From positions 15,589 through 79,588 of the forward strand of contig JACNJW010000040.1 of the NCBI GenBank assembly GCA_014382365.1: a stretch of DNA of 64,000 nucleotides, read 5' to 3'. The DNA is from SAR324 cluster bacterium. Its GTDB lineage: Bacteria > SAR324 > NAC60-12. Each line of letters opens with the position of its first letter. Within the stretch, counting starts at the first letter, position 1. Below, piece after piece: positions 11,301 through 26,300 of this stretch. Made by a program: the position numbers and the translations under genes. The notes under the pieces are model-generated. The model ran no database searches. It was not told where the DNA came from and was given only the letters and a program-made list of their open reading frames with translations.

Positions 11301-14300
11301 ACCTCCGCCGGAAAGAGTCAAAGTTTTTGCTCCAATTTTAAAATCACCACCGGAATGCGTTAAGGTTGCACCGGAAGAAATATTAACTGTAGAATCTGCA
11401 TTGTGAGTAATTATGGCTGAGATTGCAACGTCATCATTCACGCTTAATTTACCACCGTTGAGAACAATTGTCCCGTTGTCAAGTGTCTGTGGGACTGCAA
11501 ATTCCATGGTTCCGGAAACAGTTAGTGTATCCTCCAATTCCAGCACACCATTACTACCGGTTAAATTCATCTTTCTCTCAGCCGGCACTGACAAATCACC
11601 CTGAAGAGTCAAACGTTTACCGGAGGCAATCTCAAACGTTGATGCTGCAGGATGTGTGATTGAAGAGGAGATTGTTGAATCTTTTTTGACAGAAACAATT
11701 CCACTATCAAAGGCCAGTGTTCCGCCTTCAAGCCTACTCTCTTCATCCATTTGCAGTGTCCCGTTCAGAGTAAGTGTATTTTCCAGCTTCAAGCTGCCAC
11801 CAGAACCATTGAGCAGCATTGTTTTGTTACTGCTCACACTGAAATCTTCCTTGATGCTTAGGGTCTTTCCGGATGAAATATTAATTATCGATTCACCTGT
11901 ATGCGTGAGACTTTGAATTAACGTATTTTCTGAAACATTCAATTTGCCCGTCTGCAGTGACACAGGAAAAGAAACTTTGCTGACTTCTGTAATTCCAGCC
12001 AGGTTCAAAACACTGGCTACGTCATTGAATTTCAAATCTGCGCTATTGGCGAATTTACCTCCGCCGGATAGTGTAAGTGCAAACCCGCCGATATCCATTG
12101 CGCTGCCGGAATAAGTCAGAACTTTCCCGCTGGAGACATTAACTTCGGAACTAGCTTTGTGCAGCAATGTCGATAAAATGCCTGCATTTTCAACAACCTC
12201 TAGAGTACCTCCGCTGAGTGACAACGTACCGTCCTTGACAGTATCGGCTGCACTCACTTTCAGAGTGCCTTTAAGCGTCAACTTTTCATTCAAACTCAAA
12301 GTTCCGCCTCCGGATCCAGATAATTCCAGCGACTTCGCTTGTGGAATTTCTAAAGCATTTTTTAGCATCAATGTCTTTGCATTGGCAATCTCAATCATTG
12401 AAGAACCGGAATGAGACAAGGATTCTATAATCGAGTCCTGAACAATTTCCAGTTTGCCTGATGTTAAAACTGCTGAGACTGAAACTTTATTAACTTTTGC
12501 AATTCCATTAAATTTCAAAGAACTTGAAGGATCATTGAGTGTTATATTTGTTGTATTCGCAAAATTTCCACTGCCGGAAAGTATCAGCGTTTGTGCTCCA
12601 AGATTAAATTCATTTCCGGAATAATTTAGTGTTTTTCCGTCTGCCACTACAATGCTGGAATCCGCTTGCTGAGCCAGATCAGAGATAAAGTTTATGTCTT
12701 CATAAACTTGCAATGTCCCACCATTGAGAGTCACGGTTCCGCCAGACAAAGTCGTGTTTGCTATTGGTAAATTAAGCGTACCGGAAAGTGTCATGTTATC
12801 ACCCAGCGTCAGAGTCCCGGCTGCACCTGAAATCTTCAGTTCTTTTTCAGTCGGAACTTCAAAAGCCTCAGTAATACTCAATGTTTTGCCACTCACATAA
12901 TTTATTTCTGAAAATCCTGTGTGTGCTAAATTGTTGATGACACCACTACCAGTCATTTTTAAAACTGGTGCATTTAAGTTGTCTCCTGAGCTTGTTTTCA
13001 CGTGGCTGACAGTAGAGGCTCCTGCACCGGAAAACTCAAGTCCTCCATCGGCGTTATTTAAGGTTAATGGGTTGCTGCCGTCAGTGTTTAACAGCAGAGA
13101 CCCGCCGCCGGATATGGACAATATGCTGTCATTTAAGTTAAGTGCCGCTCCTTCATATGTTAAGCTGGCTCCATCAACTATCTTAAGATTGGATGACGCA
13201 TTTAATGAGATCGAAGAAGAACTGCTGATTGTCATATCACCGTCAATCCGTAAAGTTCCACCGTTCAAGACAATATTACCTTCAAGCCAACCGTCAATAC
13301 AGAACTCACCGCCTGTATTTATACTTACACCGCCGGGAAGTTTTAATTGTCCTTTAGGTTCAACCGGTAGAGATTGTGGACAGGAAATTCCGACAGAAAT
13401 AAGTTCATCAACCTTGAGTTTTGTTGTACTGCCCAATGTCAGCATTGGTTGAACATTTTCCGCAATCGTTACATTTGCTATCAACTGTTCTGCATTGGTG
13501 GTCAAAGTGGAGTCCCTAAGCAAATGGAAATTAGTAGTTACATCTGTCTGCAATACTCCTCCAGTTAAATTGAAATCTCCCCCTAAATTCAACAAAACCC
13601 CTTTTGCGTCAACCGTCAAACTTCCCGAAGTAAGTATCACATCTCCATTTAGAGTGAAGTTTTCATTTAGTTCCAGCATTCCTGAGCCTGACAATTCCAT
13701 ACCCTGTGTTGGTACAGTCAGGGACTCGGTGATACTAAAAGTTTTTTCGGAAGCAACAGAAAGTCTAAGCTTTTCTGTCAAATTCAAATTGCTCAGAGTA
13801 GCATCTGAAATCACGTCCAACCCTTTGTTTGAGCCACTGGCTGCTGAAACTGAGACATAACCGACAACCACATTATCCAGCACCAAATGGCTGTTTGAGT
13901 TATTCAGGCTCAAGGCAGAGGCAGCAGTATTAATGAAATTTCCGCCACCCTGAATATTCAGTTTTGAAGTGCTGAGATCAACGGTTGTTCCCGAGTAAGT
14001 CAGGGTTTGTGATGAATTGATATTTATTGTTGAATCTGCACTTTGTACCAGATTATCAACTAGAACTGTACTTTGTTCTATCGACAAATTACCGCCGTTC
14101 AAGGCAATATCACCCGAAATTTGCTGACCTTGCCCAACCAACGCACTGCCGGGTTCCAGGTTTAATCCTCCTGCAAAATCAAAAGATCCACCACCGTTAC
14201 TGAGTTTTTGTGTGTTGTCGACTGTTACAGGACTCGTTACTCGAACAGTAACATTTTCTGTTCCCAGACTTAATTCAGCTCCGCCTGTCAAAGCAAGAGT

Positions 14301-17300
14301 TCCGCTGTTGACATCCTTATTACTCGAAAAAGTCAGTGCTGCTGCTGCCGTAATATTTCCAAGTGCTACAGGTGTATCTGAGGTTACGGAAAAGCTGTCA
14401 CTGAGGTAGAGGTTCTCCACAATGTTTCCTGTAGCGGAAACATCACTGTCAGTAATGTTCAATCCGACTGCTGTAGCAGCCGTACTGACTGAGAGGAGAG
14501 AAATTATAGTACTATCACTTATCGAGAGCTTACTGCCTGAATCATCCAGTTCCAGCTTGCTCGTGTTGGCAAAAGTACCTCCGCCTGAAAGCTTAAACTC
14601 ATGATCACCAACACCAATTTCACTACCGGAATATGTAAGTGTTTTTCCAGATGCAATTGTTAATTCAATACCTTTATGATCTACAGCCTGCAGCAAAGAT
14701 CCTGAAAAAGTCAGGGATTGTTGCACATCCAACTTGCCTCCAACAGTTCCGGCACCGAATGCATCACCCTTCATTGTGACATTTGCGGCCAAAGTTCCAC
14801 TGTTATTGAGTTGAAGATTTCCATTTGAAAATACTTCAATTTCGCCGCTAAGACTCTGATTTTCTGAAATTGAAACCGGAATGAGATGACCAACTGTTAA
14901 TTCATTCACTGTTGATTCGTTTTCTACAACAAGACCAAGGCTGTCAGCGCTCGTTCTGACATAGTTTGCGGTAACTGCTGATAATTTAAGTTGACTTGCT
15001 GCATTGTCTAATTCAAGCGGATTGGTGTTACTGTAACTTCCTCCGCCACCAATACTTAAGGCAAAAGGGCCTACCTTGATAGTTGCACCTTCGTAGGTCA
15101 GCGTTTTCGTTTCTGCAATTTCGATAGTAGATGCAGCCAGATGTTCGATTGATGAATTAAGTGTCGTGCTGCTTTCAATGGCCAGCAAACCACCGTTAAG
15201 TTTTATTTTGGCTGTTCCAGTATCGAGATCTTTAGTCAGCCGTAAAACTGCACCGGAATCAATACTGACTCCGCCAGTCAGTATCAGGGACGTTGAGTCC
15301 TGCACAATACGTCCGTTGGGATTATTAAGAGTTAATTCCTCACTCAACGTAAATGAACTCGACTGACCAGCAAGCGATAGCACATTATTATTCAGCGTGA
15401 CCGCTTTAAAAGAAAGTGCTGAATCGCTGGAGAAGGTCACATCGTCAGTCAACTCCAGGGAGGAATTACTGCTTGTTAAGCTACCTCCTGTTTTAGTTAA
15501 GTTTCCACCAGTTTGAATTGCAGCAGCATCAACTGTTAACTCACCTCCGGACTGACCGAATGTACCAACCAAAATTAGTGTAGATCCGCTACTCAGTGAA
15601 ATTAACCCATTTGCTGAAAGTGAACTTCCGCCGCTAAGAGTTAGTGTCCCACCGGACGCATAGACTTTTGCAGTGCTGAATTCTGCAGCACCCGTCCATG
15701 TCAAATCAGCCTCCTGAATTTTAAAAGTTCCTGCGGATTCGCCTTCAGTCGGAGCTGAGTTATTGATGGTTAAGTCTGTCGTAGCAGAACCTAGAGTCAG
15801 TGAATTTCCTGCCAAATTTACTGAACCAAGCGTAAACAGCGAATCTCTACTGATAGTTGTATCTGCAGTTAATTTCAGCACAGTACCATTGCTTGTTGCT
15901 ACATCATCCAGCGTCAAACTACCTGCCGTTTCCAATCTTCCATTTGACAGGTTTAACCAGTTTGCACCACTCAAGCCAGTACTGCCGTTGGTTTGCAGTA
16001 AACCGCTAAACACCAGATTTGCAGTTTGCAAAGCAAGTGTTGAGTTTTTGCTGTTCACAGTTCCGGAAACTGAACCGCCTTTTTGAAAAGTCAGCCTTCC
16101 GCCGGAAGGTTCAAGGATTCCAGCAATAGTCGCAGTTTCAGCAAAGCTCAAATCTGCGCCACTCATTTGCAGAGTCGAACCATTGTTTAAAGTGAATGCT
16201 TTTTTAAGTGTGAGATCTGCGCCTTCTGTTGCTGTGACTGTCAGGTTCCGGTTATTCATTTCCAGAGTTCCAAAACTTAACGCCCTGTTACTGCTAATAG
16301 TCACGTCGTTGATTAGATTCAACTCAGAAGTTTCTGCAAGAGTTAATGTTCCGCCAGTAATGCTGATGTTATCACTTAATTTGAGCTCCCCGCCTTGAAT
16401 ATCAATTGTACCTGCTGAACCCAAGTTAACTGTTGAGCCGAAAGAGATGACGCCGCTTTGTGAGGACAGCTTTCCTGCAACAAGTTCCAGCTGGTTGTTC
16501 AGCGTTAAGTCTGATGCTCCAGTCAGTAGTTGTTCTCCGGAAGCATCGAGAGTAAATGGATCATTGATGGTTGTTGCCATTGTAATGCTCAACGCAGAAC
16601 CGTTGAGGTCAAGTGTGCCAAATTTAGTGGCAAGTGAGTTGCCAAGAGTCGAATCTGTCTGCAAAGTCAAAGAGGTGGCATCATCTGTAACTGTACCACC
16701 GAGATCCAAATCTCCACCTAAAATTAGTTTTCCGCCGGAAAGATTAAGTTCACGTGTGTTACGCGAAATCGTGCTTCCTGCGTCTGTGGACAATGTTCCG
16801 GCAATTGCTAAATTACTCCGCAGCGCCAGTTCCGTTCCAGGAAGTGAAATTTCAGAAGTGCTGTCAACTGAACCACCCAGTTTCAGCGTACCACCAGTAG
16901 AATCAAGTACAGAGTTCGCAGCAAGTGTGAGTGTTCCCTGCAGATTTAAATCTGCATCACCGGTATGTAAAGTTACAGCACTGAGGTTGAGTGGATCAAG
17001 CAGCTTCAAGTCTGAGGTTGAGCTGCCGAGGCTAAGTATTTTCCCGTTGTGCTCTAAAGCCTTAAACGTTTTTTCTCCATTGAAAGTCAGAATCACATCA
17101 TCCAACAAATCCAGTATAGAAGTATCATTTGTGGTCAGTGTTCCACTATCAGCAGCAAGATCCGCATTCAATTTCAGTGTGGTTCCACTTACATCAAGTG
17201 TTGCGTTTGTTCCCAGTGTACCACCTTGTGTAAGTGTGAAAGTTCCTCCGCTTGAAGTTATTTTTCCGGCATTCAGCTCCAAAGGATAGGGCAGACTTAA

Positions 17301-20300
17301 ATCCGCCTGATTTGTAGTTAGTTTTGAACCTGAATTGTCCAGCTTCAGAATAGACTGAATCGTCAGGTCAGTGGTCTCTGAACCAAGCGTAAGTTCGAAG
17401 TTGTTCAGATCCAGTCCACCAATTATCATTGCAGATGAAGTGGAGATATTTGTATCTGCATTTAGTTTCAATGCAGTATTGCTGTCAGTCTGTATTTTAC
17501 TGAAATCACTATAAGTACCACCGAATTCAAGGGTGCCGCCTGTCAAAGTAATTTTTGAGGAGCCGACACTAAAGGCAGTGTCTTTCAATCGCAATGTACT
17601 ACTGTTTGACATTGCAACATCTGCCGCAAGAGTCAAAGTCGAGTTAAACAGTTTCAATTCACCCCCGCTAATTTGTGCTGCGGAATTGAAAGCAACTGAG
17701 CCTCCTGTCATAAGTATACCGGCATCGTCCAAAGCCACACTTCCATTGAATATGAGTGCTCCTGCACTCGATTCGAGTTTCCCGTTATTGTTTAGACTAA
17801 GCGCATCATTAAGCGTCATACTGCCGGATTGAGTGTTGATGGATTCGTCGGATCCGACTGTAAGCAGATTACTCAACGTTAGATGGGTTGAAGAAGTATT
17901 CAGGGTCAGCCCTTGTCCGTTCAAGTCCAGCGTCGGAATAGTAAATACAGCATTGCTGGAAAAACTTGATGCGGTTTGGAGTTCGAGTTTGGAGGAATTG
18001 TTTGTGTTTAGGGTGCCGTCGGCAACATCCAGAGTTCCAGACAATTTCACTGTGCTGCCTGAAAAATCAAAAACAGCACCGTTTCCAAATACTGCGCCCT
18101 GCTGTAGTGTCAAAATCCCTGAGGTGGAACTCAGTTTCCCGTCTGCCAGTGCCAGTGCAGACTGAAGCGTGATGTCTGCTCCTCCGGTTAACATTTGTGA
18201 AGCAGTGGTATCAAAAGTTAATGCTCCAGTAACTGTCATGTCACTGGTCTCTGAAGCGAGGGAAAGTGCTTTATTTTGCAAATCGATACTGCCCAGAGTA
18301 AACGGAGAACCACGTGAGAGAGTTGCATCCGCGGAAAGTAGTAGAGCTGTGTTTGTACCGGTGATGACTCCATCCAGCGACAAACCTGTCCCTAATTCCA
18401 ATTTAACATTCGTTCCGGATAAATCGACGCTGCTGCCGTTTAACTGCAGAGTTGGATCATTTCCGCTGGTTGTCAGTTTGTCGCCAATTGTTAAATCTCC
18501 ACCCAAAACCAGTGTCGCGCTTTCAAGCGTTAATTCATCTACTGAACCACCGTCTGCAAAATCCAGGGTTCCGTTGCTGACCTTAAGTTCACCGTCTTGA
18601 ACATTTATCGAGTTTTGAAACTTCAAACTTCCGTTACCTCTCAATGACAATATCTTTTCGTTCAACGAAAAATCACCGCCCTGCTGAATTATTAAAGTAG
18701 AGTTTGGAGCGACGTTCATTTCTGAATCTGCCGAAAGACTTAGCGTGCCAGTCAAATTCTTATCATTGGCAACACTGAATTTCCCTCCGGCAAGTTCCAT
18801 TCCGCCTGTATATTCTCCACTTCCCGAAATTTTAAGTTCGCTATTATTGTTTAATTTTATCTGACCGTCGATCGTTTTATTTGCTGCGATGTCAAGAATG
18901 GTGGTTGCGGTCATTTCGAAGTTACCCAAAGTCACGGACTCTGTAACCTGAACTCCTTTTCCGGAATTTGCAACAGATGTTGACTTCACATTTCCAACTG
19001 TGTTGATTCCAGCCAAGACAAGCAGACTATCCGCATGATCCAGTTCAAGCACATTTGAATTGTTGAAAATCCCTCCGCCGCTCATAGTCAGTTTGTTTGC
19101 ACCAAGCTTCAAGGATGCTCCGGAATAATTCAGTGTTTTTCCGGAAACGACTTCAATGTTAGCATCATCAAATATGCCTATATCACCCGATATTGTCGGA
19201 GAACCACTTGCTTTTAGCGTGCAACCTTCCAGTCTGATTGCTCCGGAAATTATTCCATTTCCTGTTAAATCCAGCACACTTTCCTCAACAACCAATACTA
19301 TTGGGCTGTTTACAGCATTACTGAACGTACCTGCGCCTCCAATCGTCAGGGTGTAGTCCTGAACAGTCAGGTTCCCTCCTGAATAGCTCAGCGTTGTACC
19401 TGCATCCGGAATTAAAACTGTGACATTGTCTGCAACATTTATTGTTCCGGAAACCATGAGACTCGTTCCTGCTTCCAGCGTTCCTTCAAGATTCAGTGTG
19501 CTGCCAAAAGTGCCTGCACCGCTGAGTTTGAGACTAGTGTTTTGCGCAACATCTGTTGATCCGGAGAGAGTTTTTCCGGCTGCAATATTCAATTCTGTAT
19601 CTGCCGCAATATTCAGCTTACTGATTGTTCCGGAATCATCTATCAGAATACCTTTGCCCTCATTACTCGCCGTAGAAACTTTCGCAGACTGTAATGTACC
19701 GGTTCCATTCAGTTTTAGTAGACCGTCCGAGTTATTTAAAACGATGCCGGACGCATTTTCTGGAAAAGCAACAATTCCGGCGCCTTCAAGCGTCAACTGA
19801 TAACTTCCTGTCTTTATCTCACCGGAACCAAAAGTAAGAGTTTTTCCGGAGTCCACATCAATTGAGATGTCTCCGGATTGTGTCAATGCACCTGAAATTG
19901 TTAGCGATTCATTTGCATCCAGCGTTCCGCCGCTCATCAAAACATTTGCTGCTAAAGTACCGCTATTGCTAAACTGCAATGTTCCTCCGGTATTCACGAC
20001 AATGTTTCCGGAGAGGCTTTTGCTTGAAGTAATAGAAACAGGAAGGAGATTACTGACTGTAAGACTTGAAACCGTTGAGTTATTTTCTATTTCCATTCCA
20101 AGACTGTCTGCGGAAGAAATTACATTTGCGATACTGATTCCGGAAAGTTTTAATTTGCCGTTTGTGCCAAGATTGAGCGCATTCGTGTTCTGCAGTTGTC
20201 CAATACCTGAAAATGAAAGCTCATTTCCAAGCATAATTTCTGCGCCAGAATAATTTAGAATGCTTCCGCTGTTGAATTTAATTGCTGAATCTGCTGTCAG

Positions 20301-23300
20301 CGTAAGATTGGATGCAAGTGCGAAAGTTTGGGAAACATTTTCACCAAGTTCTAAAACACCACCGTTGAGAGAAATGTCGCCTATTGTTAAATTAACAGGA
20401 TCTTTCCACGCAAATTCTCCATTTGGATCAAGCTTCAGTCCGCCATTCAAGGCAACTGCAGAATTTTCATCCCAAATAATTCTCTCATTTGCATTGTCCA
20501 GCACAAGCTCATTTGCGACTGTAAACGAAGATACAGAATTTAGAGTCAGTATTTTATTTTCCAGACGCAATTCATTGACAGCAAACGTGGCATCACTGGT
20601 GAGACTGAGGTTACTCAGCAACTCTAAATCTGTGGCGCTGAGTGTTAAGGTACCTCCACTTTTAGTAAAATTATCTGCTACTGCCAGCGTACTGTCCTGT
20701 ATTACTAATGTTCCTCCATTGACAGCACCACCTTTTTCAAAAGTTATTTTGCCTCCACTTGAAGTCAAAGTTGTTCCGGATGTGAGATCTGCAATCCCTC
20801 CAGTGAAAGTCAGATCTGCCAGGTCCGTTGCCATTGTTCCTGCTGGAGTACCTGTGTTTGTTCCACTATTACTTGAAGCACTGAGGTCAAGTGTCAAATC
20901 TGTTGTTTCTGAGGCAAGTGTAAAAGTGAAACCTTCTAAATTCAACTCGCCTAAAATGAAACCCTGACTGCGATTCACTGTTGTATCTTCACCAAGTTTG
21001 AATGTTGTCTGGTTATTGGTCAGTACATTATCTAGAGTTACGTTGCCGCCAAGTTTCAGCGTGCCTCCGGAGAGATCAAGATTGGACCCGAGGTTCCAGC
21101 TTGTGGTACTGTTTGTTTTGAGGGTTCCGGAAACCGCATAGTCAGTTCCAATCTTCAATTCAGCACCCGCCGCATTGATTTCTCCAGCATTGGTTCCGCC
21201 CTGCTGAAATTCGAGCTTTCCCCCTGTGCCGGTAATGACACTTGCATCAATAGACGCTCCGGTTGAAATATCCGCCCTGCCAACAAAAACAAGATCGGCA
21301 CCCTGAGTGCTTAGTGTACCGGATGCAAGTGTAAAAGCATTTCCGAGTGTAAGGTCAGAGGTTACGGAGGCTAGTTTAAAATTAAAACCATTGGTATCTA
21401 AAGTTGCTGCTTCAACTGCCACCGTGCTTGCAAGCTCTGCATTGGCAGTCAGTGAAAGATTGGTATTTGTACTTGTCCAAGAATCCGCAACATTTAAATT
21501 TCCACCAAGTTGAATCGTTGTTCCGGAAGTGCTGAAAGTTGCTCCGCTGACTGCAGTAGCACCGCCGGGCAGACTTAAGGTTCCGCCTTCGATATTAATT
21601 ATTCCGGTAGTATCTGCGCTCAGACTTGAGGCAGAAAGAGTTCCGCCACTGGATGAAAGCGTTCCGGAGCTCACTGTAATTCCACCGTTGAGTGACAAAT
21701 CAGCCGCGCCGCTTATAATCTGTTCTGTGGCTGCGTCAAGTGTCACTGCCTGCGAAACACTCAGTCCCGCCATTGCGTCATCCAGCGTCAAGGCAAATTC
21801 TTCCAGTTCAAGTGTGCCGATTGACAAGGTGTCGCTGTCATTGAGCGTCGTATCTCCTGACAAACGAAGTATGCTTGTATTATCCGGAGTCACTCCGCTT
21901 AAATCCTGTGTACCCTCAATCTCCAGATTACTGCCTGATAATGTCAACGCGTTTGAGTTTGTAGTAAAAGTTGTGTTCTTGGTCTTCAGTGTTGAAGAGG
22001 AAATTGTCAACGGACTTTGCAGAACCAACGTTGACTCAGGAAGTGAGAGAGTTGAACCTTCAGCAAGACTGCCTCCGGAGTTGAGGGTGATTGTGCCTCC
22101 GCTTGAATTGAGTTTCGCAAGATTGCTCAAGTTCAACGCTCCGGCAAGTGACAAACTTCCTGCACCGGTTTCCAAAGTGATGCCGGACAAACTAAGCGTT
22201 GTATTAGCGTCAGTTAAGTTCAGCTGAGTTGTTGCTGAACCAAGAGTCAGTACCTGACCCTCCAAATTAACACTACCGAAAGAAACAGCATTACTCGATG
22301 AAAGCGTGGTTGCAGACTGCAGTTTCAGAATTGAAGTATTACTGCTGCTGAATGTTCCGGCGTTCAGATCAAGAGTCTGGCTGACACTCAAGGTACTGTC
22401 TGTTACATCAAGTATTCCTGCTTCGCCCAGAGTCAGTCCGCCTGCAAATGAAAGCGTTCCGCCTGTGGAAGTAATTGAGCCTGAATCAAGTTGCAAAGCG
22501 CTGGAAAGCGTCAGATTAGCAGATTTGGTTTCAATTGCTGAGCCGGTCGCAGTCATTGCCAGAGGGTTCGGCAGAGTCAGGCCTGCACTGTCTTCTGCAA
22601 GTGTAAGTTTGTTTCCACTTAATTCCAGTGTACCGAAACTCAGTGGGGTATTGCTCGTTACCTCTGTATCACCACTTAATTTAAAAGTTGTATTTGTGCC
22701 GGTTGTAAAATCATTTAAGTTGATTGAACCCCCGCTAGACTCAAGGGTTCCGGAACTAAGATCAAGCGTACCCTGCCAACCACTCCAGTTCGAACCGGAG
22801 TTTGCCGTTAAAGTTCCTGTTATGTTTAAGGCTCCTCCAAGTTTAAGCTCAGAGTCGCTCATGTCTAACTTACCGGTGGCTCCGACAGTTCCACCTTCGA
22901 TCAGATTCAAAATACCGCCGCCTTGTACAAATTCGCCGTTCAGAGTCAAACCATCCATTAGGCTGATATTACCTGTGCCGGATGCTAATTTGCCACCCTC
23001 AGCAATACTCAAACTATCATTGAATGACAGCTCACTCGATCCACTGTTGAACGTTTCATAGCTGCCGATATTCTGTGCACCGTCAATTGTCATAGAGGTC
23101 ACACTGCTGTCCAGTGTCAGTTCGTTGCCGTTCAAATCGAAATCTGGCCATGTTGCATTTCCACTATGAGAAAGAGTGGTGGCTCCTTCCAGCTTCACTG
23201 TGGAAGTTGAATCGTAATCAACAACACTGTTGTTGACCAGTGATAGCGATCCTGACATTTTGAAAGACGCATCAGGAAAAGACAAATTACTACTGTCAAA

Positions 23301-26300
23301 TGCTCCTCCATCTTCTAATATTAATCCGGCACTACCTACATCCAGTAAGCTACCGTTTTTGAATGTTGGAGATTTTTGAAATGTAAGATTTCCATTAGAG
23401 TAACCAAAATATGCAGCGTCAAATTGTGATGCTTTTGAAACCGTAAGGTTCATATCACTGATAGTTAAAAAGCCGCCGCTGGTTCCACCAGACTGCCAAA
23501 ATATTAATTCGCCAATTATACTTGTGCCGGAATCTGTACGTGAAATATCTGCTGAAGTGTTTATTTGAAGTGTTGTGTCTGCGTCCGTTGTGAAACCGTC
23601 CAAACTGTGAGTTCCAGCAAGTACAAGCTTTCCGCCTGAAAGATCAAGAGTATTGGCTGCCAGGCTGATATTTGCACCACTGTTTAAATTCAACATACCT
23701 GCAACGGAAAAATCTCCTATTAGATTAAATCCAGCTGAGTTTCCGACTTCAAGTTCTCCATTCGCTCCTACATTACCCCCGGAAAGCACCAATGTTCCGC
23801 CTTTGACTTCTATTTTACTTTGAGTTAAAGCCAGACTTCCAAATGAAACAATACTGGTTGAAATACCGTTTAGAACTAAATCGAAGCCTTTTGGATCAAA
23901 AGTATCAAAACCTACAGCAGAATCGAGTATGAGACTTACATCGCTCTGTAACTCTAAAGCTGTACCGCTTAGTGTTAAGGTACCTCCGCTTTTAGTAAAA
24001 TTATCTGCTACTGCCAGCGTACTGTCCTGTATTACTAATGTTCCTCCATTGACAGCACCACCTTTTTCAAAAGTTATTTTGCCTCCACTTGAAGTCAAAG
24101 TTGTTCCGGATGTGAGATCTGCAATCCCTCCAGTGAAAGTCAGATCTGCCAGGTCCGTTGCCATTGTTCCTGCTGGAGTACCTGTGTTTGTTCCACTATT
24201 ACTTGAAGCACTGAGGTCAAGTGTCAAATCTGTTGTTTCTGAGGCAAGTGTAAAAGTGAAACCTTCTAAATTCAACTCGCCTAAAATGAAACCCTGACTG
24301 CGATTCACTGTTGTATCTTCACCAAGTTTGAATGTTGTCTGGTTATTGGTCAGTACATTATCTAGAGTTACGTTGCCGCCAAGTTTCAGCGTGCCTCCGG
24401 AGAGATCAAGATTGGACCCGAGGTTCCAGCTTGTGGTACTGTTTGTTTTGAGGGTTCCGGAAACCGCATAGTCAGTTCCAATCTTCAATTCAGCACCCGC
24501 CGCATTGATTTCTCCAGCATTGGTTCCGCCCTGCTGAAATTCGAGCTTTCCCCCTGTGCCGGTAATGACACTTGCATCAATAGACGCTCCGGTTGAAATA
24601 TCCGCCCTGCCAACAAAAACAAGATCGGCACCCTGAGTGCTTAGTGTACCGGATGCAAGTGTAAAAGCATTTCCGAGTGTAAGGTCAGAGGTTACGGAGG
24701 CTAGTTTAAAATTAAAACCATTGGTATCTAAAGTTGCTGCTTCAACTGCCACCGTGCTTGCAAGCTCTGCATTGGCAGTCAGTGAAAGATTGGTATTTGT
24801 ACTTGTCCAAGAATCCGCAACATTTAAATTTCCACCAAGTTGAATCGTTGTTCCGGAAGTGCTGAAAGTTGCTCCGCTGACTGCAGTAGCACCGCCGGGC
24901 AGACTTAAGGTTCCGCCTTCGATATTAATTATTCCGGTAGTATCTGCGCTCAGACTTGAGGCAGAAAGAGTTCCGCCACTGGATGAAAGCGTTCCGGAGC
25001 TCACTGTAATTCCACCGTTGAGTGACAAATCAGCCGCGCCGCTTATAATCTGTTCTGTGGCTGCGTCAAGTGTCACTGCCTGCGAAACACTCAGTCCCGC
25101 CATTGCGTCATCCAGCGTCAAGGCAAATTCTTCCAGTTCAAGTGTGCCGATTGACAAGGTGTCGCTGTCATTGAGCGTCGTATCTCCTGACAAACGAAGT
25201 ATGCTTGTATTATCCGGAGTCACTCCGCTTAAATCCTGTGTACCCTCAATCTCCAGATTACTGCCTGATAATGTCAACGCGTTTGAGTTTGTAGTAAAAG
25301 TTGTGTTCTTGGTCTTCAGTGTTGAAGAGGAAATTGTCAACGGACTTTGCAGAACCAACGTTGACTCAGGAAGTGAGAGAGTTGAACCTTCAGCAAGACT
25401 GCCTCCGGAGTTGAGGGTGATTGTGCCTCCGCTTGAATTGAGTTTCGCAAGATTGCTCAAGTTCAACGCTCCGGCAAGTGACAAACTTCCTGCACCGGTT
25501 TCCAAAGTGATGCCGGACAAACTAAGCGTTGTATTAGCGTCAGTTAAGTTCAGCTGAGTTGTTGCTGAACCAAGAGTCAGTACCTGACCCTCCAAATTAA
25601 CACTACCGAAAGAAACAGCATTACTCGATGAAAGCGTGGTTGCAGACTGCAGTTTCAGAATTGAAGTATTACTGCTGCTGAATGTTCCGGCGTTCAGATC
25701 AAGAGTCTGGCTGACACTCAAGGTACTGTCTGTTACATCAAGTATTCCTGCTTCGCCCAGAGTCAGTCCGCCTGCAAATGAAAGCGTTCCGCCTGTGGAA
25801 GTAATTGAGCCTGAATCAAGTTGCAAAGCGCTGGAAAGCGTCAGATTAGCAGATTTGGTTTCAATTGCTGAGCCGGTCGCAGTCATTGCCAGAGGGTTCG
25901 GCAGAGTCAGGCCTGCACTGTCTTCTGCAAGTGTAAGTTTGTTTCCACTTAATTCCAGTGTACCGAAACTCAGTGGGGTATTGCTCGTTACCTCTGTATC
26001 ACCACTTAATTTAAAAGTTGTATTTGTGCCGGTTGTAAAATCATTTAAGTTGATTGAACCCCCGCTAGACTCAAGGGTTCCGGAACTAAGATCAAGCGTA
26101 CCCTGCCAACCACTCCAGTTCGAACCGGAGTTTGCCGTTAAAGTTCCTGTTATGTTTAAGGCTCCTCCAAGTTTAAGCTCAGAGTCGCTCATGTCTAACT
26201 TACCGGTGGCTCCGACAGTTCCACCTTCGATCAGATTCAGAATACCGCCGCCCTGCACAAGCTCTCCATTCAGCGTCAAGGCTCCACTCAGTTGAACTGA

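Noticed and set aside
20630-26239. Considered whether the periodic repeats could be a CRISPR array or IS/transposon copies.
   Set aside because: The repeats are kilobase-scale, lie in-frame within an ORF and encode protein repeats. There are no short (24-48 bp) direct repeats with unique spacers, no cas genes, no terminal inverted repeats and no transposase.
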